From assembly GCF_006345805.1 (NCBI RefSeq), contig NC_043017.1, positions 23,498,001 through 23,562,000 of the forward strand: a DNA stretch of 64,000 bases, written 5' to 3'. The DNA comes from Octopus sinensis (Eukaryota). Below, one piece after another: positions 11,890 through 24,299 of this stretch (position 1 is the stretch's first letter; each line of letters opens with the position of its first letter). The notes under the pieces are model-generated. The model was given only the letters and a program-made list of their open reading frames with translations, ran no database searches and had not been told where the DNA came from. The position numbers and the translations under genes were made by a program.

Positions 11890-12300
11890 TAAGTTACATA
11901 TGATAATAATGTGTTGCTTGCAGAATCCAAAGACTATCTTCAAGATCTGATTCTCCAACCGAATGAAGATGAAATCTGGATTAAAAATGAACAGAGAGAA
12001 AGTGAAGGCTATGAAATTTGGTTGAAGAACAAGGCTTGGCACCATAATGGTTGAAGGCCAGACTTCTGTGACATGGGTTGATTTGTGTATTTTGGTTGAG
12101 TTCTGTGTGATGACAGACACTGAAACCAATATTACATGCAGAACCAGTAAATCAATTTAGTTCAGAAACAAAATAGACATGAACGTCAAAATCTGTCTGT
12201 GCCATACCACCATTCAACCAACAGTGCAATATGAAATGTGGAAGAAACGTGCATAAATGAAAAAGTTGGACGTCTTTCCTCTGGAAACTTCTGACCAGGC
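11890..12300 (+). mobile_element. Decayed RTE-type RT fragment
   Basis: YDNNVLLAESKDYLQDLIL..(eroded YADD)..GLKMNREKVKAM..KKLDVF with stops and frameshifts. Confidence 0.55.
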
Positions 12301-12863
12301 TGGAATGTTTACCCTTTCACTTGTTTTTGTGTTGCAAAGGGGTCAGTTTCTGCCTTTCAGAAGGTCCATCTGCCGCCAACAGCTATTCCAGTGGAGAAGG
12401 ACATAAGATGCTGTTGTTAATGCATAGGTATGCTCTGAGGCTGTGTCATCTGCAGGGACCAAGTTTGAGCATCTAACATCTAAAATGTGGTCAATTACTC
12501 ATAGTCGTCACCCAATTGGACAAAGCAGTTAGTGGAACACCTACCCTAGCATTCTGTAGTGGGTTTGTAATGTATTGGGGAAGAATCAAGATCAAAGAGG
12601 TTCATCCAATCAGTCTTTGACTTGTTAGTATTACTAGGGACACTGTAAACACAGAAGTGCCAGTCCAAGATATGACTAACACTTCCATGGCAGTCATATC
12701 TTGAACTGACAAGAGAGTGACAAGACAGTTCTTCATGTATTTGTTCAGTGTTCAAGAACCACTGACCTGTGGTGCTATGTTAAACAATTGTTATCATGTA
12801 AAAGAAGGATTCAGCTGTCCCAAGTAGAAATTGTCCCACTACCCTCTTTTTGTAAGGAAGGGT

Positions 12864-13086
12864 AAGGCGGTGAGCTGGCAGAAACGTTAGCACACCAGGC
12901 GAAATGCTTAGCGGTATTTCGTCTGTCGTTACGTTGTGAGTTCAAATTCGGCCGAGGTCGACTTTGCCTTTCATCTTTTCGGGGTCGATAAATTAAGCAC
13001 CAGTTACGCACTGGGGTCGATGTAATCGACTTAATACCTATGTTTGTCCCCTCTATGTTTAGCCCCTTGTGGGTAATAAAGAAATA
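12864..13086 (+). mobile_element. SINE family B
   Basis: Near-identical to the 1543 copy. Confidence 0.88.
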
Positions 13087-14391
13087 GGTATGCTGTTTTC
13101 TTTTGTCTGGTGGTTATAGTATAAGAGGTTGTATGGTGGATGCAACTGAAATATTTCAGAACACGACATTCCAAACATGCCCTTGCTTAAAGTGGAAGAT
13201 GAGGGTAGAGAGGGAGGTATTGACTTCAAGTAAATTTACTGGGAGGAGGATGCAAGTGGTAACATTGCTGTGTATGAGAGAATCAATGGTTCAGTTCCAC
13301 CTGGAGGGTGGAGTCAAAAGAAAAGTGGAAAACTGACTGGAGCAGAAGGTAGTCAGGGTTTTGGACTGTTCTGACCCTTCCTAGCTCTCACTTTCCACGT
13401 TTTTCTTGGGAATCCTTGTTTGTTTTTCATATATATGTGTGTGTTGAAATGTTTCAACTGAAAAAGGTCTTGTGTAATGGATGCATTTCCTATAATAAAC
13501 TACACACACTTGAAATGCACATATGAAGTGATTTCATAATATCGTTATTTGGTTTGACTTCATTATTACAACTTATATCTAATATAATAAATGCAAAAAT
13601 AAACTTCTGTGTGTCACATTTCGACCCCACCTCTCTCACTATTCATTGACACTCCTACTATTGCTCATGTTGGGGTGAGTGTGATAGTAGGCATAGAGAC
13701 GGTGAGGGCAGTGGTGAATACAGACAGAGAAAGAGAAAGAAAAAGAGAGGGAGAGAAAGAGAAACAAAGAAATTTAGAGAAGTTGATGATGTTTTTATTA
13801 AAAGTAGTAATGTTGATGGTGGCAGTGGGAGTAATGATAAGAGAGAGAGAAAGAGTGGGTATGTGAGAGAAAGAGGAACTGACCCCTGATCTAACATGCT
13901 GAAGTAACATACTGAATGAATACACACATTTAGCCTTTTCGTGATAGTTATGGGGTGATAGTATGAGCTGTAGTTGTGATAGAGGTGGTGATGATGGTGT
14001 GGTGGTGGTGGTAGCCAAAGCAGTCAGGGATGAAGTGAGAGTAAGCGATGTGAAGACAGTGATGATGGTGATGGAGGGGAAGGCAGCAAAGTCAAAGGTA
14101 TTGATGGTGGTGGTGTCAGAAGTCTCAATGGTGTGTGTATGGCAGATGTGGTGGCAATGCTAGTGGTACTGTTGATTATGATGCAGCTTTGCAATAAATT
14201 CCAAGTCAACAAATTATATCATTGTTTTGATGAAAATTGCTCATTGCTTCAGTTTAATAAAATTTAATACTTACTCAATGCATGTAGTGTCATTGTTGGG
14301 CCCAAGGCCTAATGACGAGCCCTCCACAAGAGTTAGCTTAAACGCCACCCAATAGGGCAGCTTTTAAGCTAGTATATATATATATATATAT

Positions 14392-14690
14392 GTGGAGGCG
14401 CAATGGCCCAGTGGTTAGGGCAGCGGACTCACGGTTGTAGGGTCGCGGTTTCGATTCCCAGACTGGGCGTTGTGAGTGTTTATTGAGCAAAAACACCTAA
14501 AAGCTCCACGAGGCTCCAGCAAGGGGTGGTGATCCCTGCTGTACTCTTTCACCATTCTTTCTCCCACTCTTTCTTCTGTTGGCCTGCTCACTTAGCCAGC
14601 GGGGTGGCGTCATTCGCAGGCTAAAACAATGCGAACGCGTTGTGACCAGCGATGTGTAGCAACATCTGATGGTCTGGCCGGTCATGTGAT
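14392..14690 (+). mobile_element. tRNA-headed SINE, family D
   Basis: A-box TGGCCCAGTGG, B-box GGTTTCGATTCC; flanked by (TA)n on both sides. Related heads at 47410-47755(-), 49620-49945(-), 54440-54640(+), 58855-59080(+). Confidence 0.8.
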
Positions 14691-15504
14691 ATATATATAT
14701 ATATATATATGTATATACCATCATCGTTTAATGTCCTCCTTACATGCTGGCATGGATTGGACAGTTTCACAGGAGCTGGCCATTATTCTAGTGTGGACTG
14801 GGTGCTTTTTAAGTGACACCTGCTCTGGCAGGGTCACCAAGTAACTTTGCAAGACAAAATCTTTGAGAGGGGTGGGGGCATTGGTGGTGGTGATCTTGTG
14901 TCAGATGTTGAAAGATTAGAGTATGGCAGAGAGGCAGAAACAGAAGCCTTGCTGTTGCGGAGGTCCATGGTTAGAGAGAGGAGAGCAAAAGTTAACAAGA
15001 ATGAATGCAGAAACAGTTACCTAGAGAGAGAGAGAGAATGGGAATTAACAAAAAAAAAGCATGCTGCTGTAAAGGAGATACATGGCTACCTAGCCAGAAG
15101 TAAGAGCAAGGGAAAGAAGTAGGAGAGAATGATTAAGAGTGAAAGCAGAGACCGGTTTGTTGCTGTTGAGGAGATAGATGATTACTCAGCCAGACGGGAG
15201 AGCAAAGGAACGAGAGAGAGAGAGAGAGAGAGGAGACACCAAGAGCAGGAGAGGGACAACAGCAAGTGCCAGGGTATACATGCAAGTATACTCTGGGCAT
15301 AGATGGGATAGTAAAGAAGAGGGAGATGAATGATGGCAGATGCTGGCAGGGTATTGCCAAGGAGTTGTGAGTCAGGAGTGGTGGGGTATGTGGTGGCTGG
15401 TGAGAATCTGGGTATATAGAAAGGGAGAGGATGGGGAAGCAACGATGCAGTGGGCAGGGTAGTATTTTGCATATTTTCTTCTATATTATATATTATATCT
15501 CTTT

Positions 15505-15705
15505 ACACTCTTTTACTTGTTTCTGTCATTTCAGCCTTTAATCAAGCAACTTGACCCCGGGACTTATTCTTTTGTAAGCCCAGTACTTATTCTATCGGTC
15601 TCTTTTGCCGAACCGCTAAGTAACAGGGACATAAACACACCAGCATCGGTTGTCAAGCGATGGTGGGGGGGGGGGGGGACAAACACAGACACACAAACAC
15701 ACACA

Positions 15706-15740
<35 letters not shown>

Positions 15741-15897
15741 GACGGGCTTCTTTCAGTTTCCGCCTACCAAATCCACTCACAAAGATTTGGTCGGCCTGAG
15801 GCTATAGTAGAAGACACATGCCCAAGGTGCCACGCAGTGGGACTGAACCCGGAACCATGTGGTTGGTAAACAAGCTACTTACCACACAGCCACTCCT
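15505..15897 (-). mobile_element. SINE family A
   Basis: Full-length reverse copy. Confidence 0.88.
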
Positions 15898-16484
15898 ACA
15901 CTACTATAAAATCTATGTAGGGAATATAATATTTTATGTAAACCTTGTCACCAGTAAAGAAAGAATTAGCATTATTTTGCTGTTGTTTTTTTTTCTTTTT
16001 CAGTATTGACAATAATATCTGGACTATTTAGCTTAATTTGTTAATGATATGTATGTTCAGGCCTTGTGCCTAGAGTTGAAAAGAACGATACATATGTTAC
16101 ACAATTTAAAATGTATAGTAAGATCAATGATAAACAATGCAAATTTTAGCAATCATTGTGATGCACCGTCTAATACAAGGGGACAAATTTAAATAAATGT
16201 CTTCTTTTATTCCTCTGGGGACAAAAAAGGAGGAATTAACCTGACTTATTTTGACTTTAATTGCATTCATTATCATGGGCCATGCACCCACTCCATCTGC
16301 AGTCAGAGAGACAGAGATTGTGATAATAGCTATTTGTAGTCACTATGTATTATTCTTTCCTAAATTGGTTTGTCTGATTTGCATAAAAATACTTTTGCTG
16401 GCAACATTGCCAATTAATTAACATTTGTCATAATTTTCCAATATTCTGACTTAGAAAGAAAAAATACCCCGTTTTTATCTCATC

Positions 16485-16790
16485 ATCATCATTATCGTTT
16501 AGTGTCCGCTTTCCATGCTAGCATGGGATGGACGGTTCGACCGGGGATCTGGGAAGCCAGAAGGCTGCACCAGGCTCCAGTCTGATCTGGCTGTGTTTCT
16601 ACGGCTGGATGCCCTTCCTAACGCCAACCACTCCGTGAGTGTAGTGGGTGCTTTGTACGTGCCACCTGCACAGGTGCCAGGCGAGACTCGCAACGGCCAT
16701 CGGATTGGTGCCACCGGCACGGAAGCCAGTCAAGGTGGCGCTGACATCAGCCACAATTTAGATGGTGCTTTTTACATGCCACCGGCACTC
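16485..16790 (-). mobile_element. Family C retroposon
   Basis: Same sequence with internal GGTGCTTTTTAC(G/A)TGCCACCGGCAC repeats. Confidence 0.85.
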
Positions 16791-16837
16791 TTATGAGTTT
16801 CTAATTGCAGATAAAGGTAGGGAGAAGCAGACTTTAC

Positions 16838-16971
16838 AGATATTCTTGCCAGAATTGTGACATAAATGGACCTAAAAATTCTTTCTTTGGTGATTTCAGA
16901 ATTGCCAAAGGGTTGAAGGACAAAATGGTAGGGGTGAGTGGGTAGAGTTGCACTGTGAATGGGAAATAGGG
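16838..16971 (-). other. Candidate exon of an unidentified gene (134 nt)
   Basis: Strong acceptor gcttttttgtcttgttgtatctcag|, donor |gtaaagt; two frames are open across the exon; no recognisable homology. Confidence 0.3.
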
Positions 16972-17823
16972 CTGAGATACAACAAGACAAAAAAGCAGAC
17001 ATAACAAAATAAATATTTAACCCTTTTGATACCAACCCACCTGGAACTACCTCTTGTAGTGGTTAAGTGTGTATGTAAACAAATACGTAAACCGATTCAT
17101 GATTGAAAAGAATTTATTTACAGGACTTGATTCGTTAGAGGTACACTACATACAAAATGTAGGCAATTGCTACGAGTTGCTAGAAATACAGAGTACACAT
17201 TAGGAATGAATATGTTTGTGTGTGTGTGTGCGTGTTTCATTCGAAACAGAAGTCGATCAGCACTTCGAGCATTTCTCTCTGTCTCTGTCGTCTGCCAAAA
17301 ACCTTTGGGTCGTAGATAGATCTATCTCGTCTGTCGTTCTGTTTCACCTTTGTATTTCTAATAAAAAGTGGCAGCTAGAAAGACAGACGTACTGCAGGTG
17401 CGTTAGTACCTAAATAGGTCAGCGCTTTTCCATTTGAACTTCGCCTGACATGATGAGGTCGCAGGTCAAAGGGAGATGATCAATCAATTTTTGACAGGAC
17501 AAAGAAAACCTTTTTTCGCACCTGTTGATCGTCGTGGTTTGGACGACCGAGAATTCTTGGATTCGGTTTCGAATCTAGGCTTAGAGAAGGAAGTGTTAAT
17601 TCTTACACTCAGACATGTTTCAAGGTGGTCTATATGAGTTCTAAGATACATCTTATAGATACACTGAGATGCACCATCAGTGCTTCTGTGAAAATTTCTT
17701 GCTAATTTATGTTCCTAACATGAGCCTGATAATGACAAAGTTATTTTTACTAAATTCTTCATTATTTTCAAAATCAATTGAAAGAAAAACAGTGAACTTC
17801 AAAAGAAATTATTGTAATAAAAG

Positions 17824-18422
17824 GTTAAACCAGCCATGTCTGGCCAAAATATTCTAGGCTTAGGAGTGGCTGTGTGGTAAGTAGCTTGCTTACCAACCAC
17901 ATTGTTCCGGGTTCAGTCCCGCTGCGTGGCACCTTGGGCAAGTGTCTTCTACTATAGACTTGAGCCGACCAAAGCCTTGTGAGTGGATTTGGTAGACGGA
18001 AACTGAAAGAAGCCCGTCGTATATATGTACATATATATATATATGTGTGTGTATTTTGTGTGACTGTGTTTGTCCCCCCCAACATCGCTTGACAACCGAT
18101 GCTGGTGTATTTACATCCTCGTAACTTAGCGGTTCGGCAAAAGAGACCGATTGAATAAGTACTAGGCTTACAAAGAATAAGTCCTGGTGTGGATTTGCTC
18201 AACTAAAGGCGGTACTCTAGCATGGCCACAGTCAAAGAGAGTATCTGTTTTATGCTCAAACCGATCAGATCTAGCCTCTTACACCAACCCTACGATGTCA
18301 TTCTAAACATTAACAGTTACCGCATCAAAATCTCAAAGCTACAGGATAATGCATTATCAGTTTTAAATAATGTGTGTAAATAAGTATTATTTTCATAGGA
18401 TAAGGTGAATGCTAAAGGGTTA
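17824..18422. mobile_element. piggyBac-type MITE split by a SINE-A insertion (17857-18237)
   Basis: The left piece TTAAACCAGCCATGTCTGGCC.. resumes at ~18240 and ends AATGCTAAAGGG|TTAA. Confidence 0.65.
17857..18237 (+). mobile_element. SINE family A
   Basis: Near-full-length copy inside a piggyBac-type MITE. Confidence 0.88.
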
Positions 18423-18686
18423 AAGGGGTAAATCATCTCAATGGAAGAACAGCTGTCTTGGGGTGGTCAAGGGACTCCACAGATTCTGGTTTACTGTGAG
18501 TACCAAGGCTAAGTACCATCTCACATTTGATGTCAGTGGTCTACAACATGTTCAGGGTAGAACCATTTAACTGGGGTATACTCTCTGCAGACAGTCACAT
18601 GTCTATACAGAGAGAAGTATTTCCTTTCCCACCCTGACTTATTCCTCAAGTGGTGCATGAAATAGTCAATGGCAGTTTGGTTAGAG

Positions 18687-18905
18687 CAGTGCTTTTCAAC
18701 ATTTTTGCTGGAGCGGAACCCCAAGGAAACATTCCACTGGCTCGAGGAACCCCTGTGCAATAATTTAATAGTCTTATGCACACATATCTGCACAGGAGAA
18801 TTAAAAATTACTGGCGATTTTAGCAGTTTTGTAACTTCTTGCGGAAACCCTGGACTGTACTGGCGGAACCCTAAGGTTCCGCGGAAACCTGGTTGAAAAC
18901 CACTG
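18687..18905. mobile_element. hAT-type MITE
   Basis: CAGTG..TTTCAAC / GTTGAAAACCACTG TIRs; perfect 8-bp TSD GGTTAGAG (18679-18686, 18906-18913). Confidence 0.9.
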
Positions 18906-19123
18906 GGTTAGAGTAAGAAAACTCTGTCTTCAGACTTCTCGATTCGTCTGCCACCCCACCTCTCTCTCTCTCTCCCTCCCTCTCTCTCTCCCTCTCTCTC
19001 CTGTGTACGTCAATGCAGTATTGAAAGACATAATCAATAATAGAAAGTTAATTAACGAGGCAGAATTTTAAAGACAGTCACCAGAGCGAGGAAGTTAGAT
19101 GGCCAGCATCAGCAGGAATCACA

Positions 19124-19501
19124 TCTTTATATATAAAAGTGAAGTTGTGTGTCTGTCTCCTACGATTTAGATTCCTAACTACTCCCACATTTTGCGGTGC
19201 AGTTTAATCAAAACCTGGTATCTTATAGTCGTGATTCAGATCGAGCCCTTCTGGGTATTAGCGCGCGTCTTCAAAAATTTACCATCATTTTTTTCGATTT
19301 TAATGCATTTTTCGCTATTATATAAGGGAAGTAACTCTCTAAAAATGTCTACGATGAGTCGACAATTTAAAAAAAAATTTACCATCATTTTTTTTTCCAT
19401 TTTTAATGCATTTTTTTGCTATTTTTTGGCTATAACTCTCTAAAAATGCTTATATAGTTATTTCCCTTACAAACCCGAGCAACGCCGGGCGATACTACTA
19501 G
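19124..19501 (+). mobile_element. Non-autonomous Helitron
   Basis: 5' TC, 3' CTAG, inserted between A(19123) and T(19502) with no TSD; subterminal hairpin CCCGAGCAACGCCGGG at 19474-19489. Confidence 0.85.
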
Positions 19502-19687
19502 TTGATAATAAAAACTAAATAGCTGCTTCTGCTGCTGTTACTGCTGTTGTTGTTGTTGTGACTGTTGCTTAGTTCCAAGTAGGTCCTTATCAAGTAGAAC
19601 TATGAACTCTATGTACTCCAATCCTGACCAGCCTATCCTGTTTTTTTATTCTGACGTAGTACATCTAGGGTTACATTATCCAATATG

Positions 19688-20091
19688 TTTTTCCTATCTT
19701 GATAGAGGTTTGGCTACTGTTTCAAGCAGATCATGCGATCCATGTAGAAGCTACATTCCATGAAATGAAGTGAAATCTAATATTTTGGATGTTATCTTCT
19801 TTTCCCATCTCCACTGAATGGACCCTTCACAAGGCCAAGTTTTTATTTAATCTCATGTCTCCCTAATGTATACTTTAAACCAAAATATCTTTTTCCTATC
19901 TTGAGAGAGGTTTGGCTACTGTTTCTAGTAGATCATGCGATCCATGTAGAAGCTACATTCCATGAAATGAAGTGAAATCTGATATTTTGGATGTTATCTT
20001 CTTTTTCCATCTCCACTGAATGGACCCTTCACAAGGCCAAGTTTTTATTTAATCTCATGCCTCCCTAATGTATACTTTAAACCAAAATATC
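19688..20091. repeat. 202-bp tandem duplication
   Basis: 19688-19889 and 19890-20091, with few mismatches. Confidence 0.9.
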
Positions 20092-20569
20092 AAGACTAAT
20101 TAAATATTTCTGAATTAACATTTCAATATCTTTGTTATTGCTATTATTGATGTTTCATGTTCCATCTACATTACCATTAACATAGTCTTTCCTGTCTTAT
20201 ATATATTCTGCATTACATCAAACAAACCACAACACTCCTACTCTAGCCAATTTTTTTTTTGTATTTCCACAATCTGGAACTATTGAAGTTTATATGCTTT
20301 ACAAAGTGAAATCCAAATAAATTGATTTATAGCCTTTTTTAAAAAAAAATTATTTATTTGTGATAAAGCATAAATAGAACCAAATAAATTAATGCATTGA
20401 TAGTTTCGGTTGCTATCCAGAGTAAAGAATCTATTATTTTAGGCCCTTTTCTTGGGGTGAGGAAAAGAAAGAAGCTGGTGTTGTTCTTTTCTCATCACCC
20501 ATAACATGTCTGCCTCTCTTGGCTCTGTATTATATCCAGAATGGATTTTCTATATTTTCAGGATGAGGA

Positions 20570-21300
20570 ATTATGTATGTTATTTACAATGGACGAATAG
20601 GTGTCCTCATCTTGTTTGTTATTATCACATTTCAGCTGATGTACTATCCAGCCTTCATCAGGTGTTCTGGTGGAATTTCGAACTCAACCCTTTATTTGAC
20701 TCCTGGGGTACACTGTTCTCATTCCTAAGGTATGTTGCTGATGTTGTTTTCTTTCTGTTGATGTTATTTTTCAAGACCCTGCCAGGCATTGAACTTAGAA
20801 TTCTAGGGTTAGTAGCCCATGCTCTTATCCACTATGCTATATGAATAATTATAGAGTGAATTTTAGGGCTTATAAACCTAGCATTTTATCTTTTCTTAAT
20901 ACTGGTTCCCATATTACATTCATATCTGCACTAGGTCTGCTTAGGAGGTTATTGTGTCCTAGCATATGTGCAGCCTCTTAATTTTCATATTTTCCAATGC
21001 TGATTACTTTAACTTCATCCCACAGCAGGAGGTGGTCTCCATTTTTCCATACATGATTGGCAATACCCAATTTTTCAATCTCTACCCTTACTTTAAGGGG
21101 GCGGTATGTTTCACTTTTGTATAGCCTACCACAACTGCATGGGATAGAGTACTCTCAGTTTTTGGTCATATTCTCTTCTGTGGGTGGTTTTACTCAGAGA
21201 AGATATTTGTGAAATGTTGTATTACTTCTAAATACCATCCTGATGTCATGTGGACCACTTATCTTTTGTATCTTTTCCAAGAGGCCTTTATCATAGGGTA
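20570..21300 (-). mobile_element. Penelope-like element 3' fragment (GIY-YIG endonuclease, disrupted)
   Basis: Translation with stops and frameshifts PYDKGLLEKIQKI..DIRMVF..VKPPTEENMTKN.EYSIPCSCGRLYKSETYRPLKVRV..EKLGIANHVWK..LWDEVKVI..EAAHML..LLSRPSADMNVIWEP, followed by a terminal repeat with a decayed hammerhead at ~20626-20667. Confidence 0.8.
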
Positions 21301-21461
21301 GACAGACTGTGCTCAGTCAAAACGTGGTAACAACAAACAAGATGACACCTTGTGAATAATATAGAATGTCTTTTGTTTCCAGAAAATCTCCCCCTTGAAA
21401 TTTTCTCTTCAGCCATAGTTTTTCTATAAGAACATCAACTGCTACAGCCTCTATTTCTTTA

Positions 21462-21685
21462 CTACCCACAAGGGGCTAAACACAGAGGGGACAAACAAGG
21501 ACAGACAAACGGATTAAGTCGATTATATCAACCCCAGTGTGTAACTGGTATTTAATTTATCGACCCCGGAAGGATGAAAGGTTAAGTCGACCTCGGCGGA
21601 ATTTGAACTCAGAACGTAACGGCAGACGAAATACGGCTACGCATTTCGCCCGGCGTGCTAACGTTTCTGCCAGCTTGCCGCCTCA
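21462..21685 (-). mobile_element. SINE family B
   Basis: Full-length reverse copy. Confidence 0.88.
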
Positions 21686-21964
21686 CTGATCTCTACAGGG
21701 CTTGTGAAGGTCATAAGCATAGTCCCTTTTTGGATCTTCACAAGCCTTGTGAGACCATTTGCTAAAAGAAGAAAAGAAAGAAAGAATTTATTAGCTTATA
21801 ACCAAAGTGACACCAAAATGTTTCTAACTCATTAACAAATTGGTCTGAAGGAAGGATCTGTGTGCAAAACCTTTTCAAAACCGTATCTCAAGTGTGAGGT
21901 TGATGGAGTTAATGTTATTATTGAACAACTGCTAAACAAAAATCATGGATGGAGGAGAAAATAC

Positions 21965-22133
21965 CTGGAAAGTGGCATCTTGGGGAGCATAAAACAGAAC
22001 CTAGAGGGTTGGATAGCTATATCAGGGGTAGTACAATATGTCAACTCTGTGAAAGGCAGGGGCCCCAGAACATCAGACTTTCCACTCCTCACAACAATTG
22101 AACTTATAGAATTCATTGGTAGAGTAATCGTTG
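21965..22133 (-). other. Candidate exon of an unidentified gene (169 nt)
   Basis: tttttgtcag| ... CAG|gtattt; open frame TITLPMNSISSIVVRSGKSDVLGPLPFTELTYCTTPDIAIQPSRFCFMLPKMPLS. Confidence 0.3.
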
Positions 22134-24299
22134 CTGACAAAAACTGTTATCAGTTTCTTTGAATTTCAGATTTTACCCTAAAGTATTGTATTGATTACAT
22201 GAGCCAATAAAAAAAAAAAAAACTGAAGAGCATTCTACATCGTTGAAAGTGAAATCTATTTTGAGGCATATTTGGGGTGTTTGTTTCAAATATGTCATTA
22301 GTTTTGATCTATCAGCCCCAGTTTTTGGAAATTCTGCATTGCTTTATGTGCTAATGTAACCCCTTGTGCACTGATGTTAATTGCTCTCGTTGAACCTTGG
22401 GCTTTGGTGCCTTTAAAAACAGATCAACTTTTGGGGAGCTAATTGCAAAAGCAGCTTCAGTTTTGTCCTATTATAATTAATTAATGTTTAACTATTTTGA
22501 TGCAAAAGCAGCTATATTACATGTTATTAATATATTATACATTATTAAAACAACTATATATTACTAAATCAGTTTATTTCAATACAAAGCTTCTTTAGCC
22601 AAGAATAGGTCTAACTTTTAAGATACCAGGATATGTATTGGACAGTGTCATTGTAATCGGATATCTTTTAATGGCAATCTGTAAAATTGGTGGCATATTG
22701 TATAACAAAAATTTGATAAAGTTTGACAAACTAAGCAAAATTAGATATGATTTTGGAGTTCACCACTCCTGCATTAGTCAAAATCTCTGATATAAATCAG
22801 TAAAAATTGTGTTATTTACAGAATTTTTCACATTCCAAGACAAATAAAACAGGTGAAGAAAATGCAAATTTACAACCAGAGGAGGCAATAGAATGATGCT
22901 AAAAATATATTAAATATTGATTTCTGACATTAAATATCGATTTGTTACGTAGGTATAAGGCCACACGTTTTGCAAGTAAGTAACAGACAGTTATACAAAC
23001 CAAATAGTTGACTGGTATTTGATCTTAGCAACTTCACTGCTTTTGAACTCAGCATATAAAAGTCCATGACTGTTAACTATTAAATATTATGTGGACCAAG
23101 TTAGTTTAAATACAGTGAAGTATTTTATTGCCATTGACGTATAAACTGCTTTTGTTACTGCACAAGATTGACAGAAAAGAAGTTCTACTCCAGTAATCAC
23201 ATACATCACATCAAATGTTAGAGCATATTTCATATTAACATAGGAGTGACTGCATTGTACAGATGCCAGTCATCTGTCAGTGAAGCTTTCACGAATGTCA
23301 TGTACTCTGTCAACTTAATTCTTATGTCACTAAAAATATCTTCATTTTTCTGCATATTCTACATTATTCATCCACGTAGTATATCTCTCAAATATAATGT
23401 CTTACAGTATTCAACTCATTTCAAATAATGTTTTATGAATTGCATATATTTTCTCTGATACTTCTTCCAAAAATCCAATATTTTTTTTTTCTGTTAACTG
23501 CCATAAACTTACTTCATCTGATAAAATATAAAAAAATATACTGTTCTTCATATATTAATCAATAAAGATACCAAATGAATGAAGAATCCGATATATCAAT
23601 TTTTACTCTCTGTACAAAGTCACAGCAAAAGTATAATTTTTTTTCAGCTTGCACATTTAATGACCTATTAATACCATACTCTGTAAACAATATCAATAAC
23701 TTATCAGTCATTGTATTGTCGTTGCACTTGACATGAGTAAAGAACTTGACTGTAACTGGCATGGAAATCTTTGATCTAAACTCTTCACCCTGAAGCTTCA
23801 CCTGTCTCTGATCTCATTTTTTGTTCCTACTAAACAACACACTTGTAGTGTGTGTCAATGTAACTCTCTCTTTCTCTCTGCTGCCCCTCCAAGTATGTTG
23901 CGAGTGAAAGAACCTGTTTAATCGAGAATGTAAAAAAAGGAGAAAGCAAAGTCTTCAGTGTGAGTATGTGATTTGTGGGGTCAACCGCATCCTCCGCTTC
24001 ATTTTTTGTTATTCACTCATTCTCATTTAATTGTATATATTTTAATTGTTTGTTTAATCATACATTTCGTCTCATTCGATACCCTGACCCCAACGTTTGT
24101 TTTGTCTGTCCCTGTATTATCCCCTCTCTTTCTCAACCTTATGGTGAATAAAGAAATACCCTCTCTCTCTTGCTCTCTCTCTCTTGCTCTCTCTCTCTCT
24201 CTCTCTCTCAACTCTCATTTGTCCTAAAGTACAGTTATGTTCCATACACTCTTCTACCTGTATGTTAACAATCTGTTGCTGTCACAACTAAAATCACTC

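Noticed and set aside
13609-14212. Mucin-like T/P/S-rich and V/M-rich ORFs (also 53473-54537)
   Set aside because: Degenerate (GGT/GAT/GA)n low-complexity tracts without splice signals.
21860-22162. 100-aa plus-strand ORF
   Set aside because: Alternative start codon, no homology or plus-strand splice support; overlaps the better minus-strand exon candidate.
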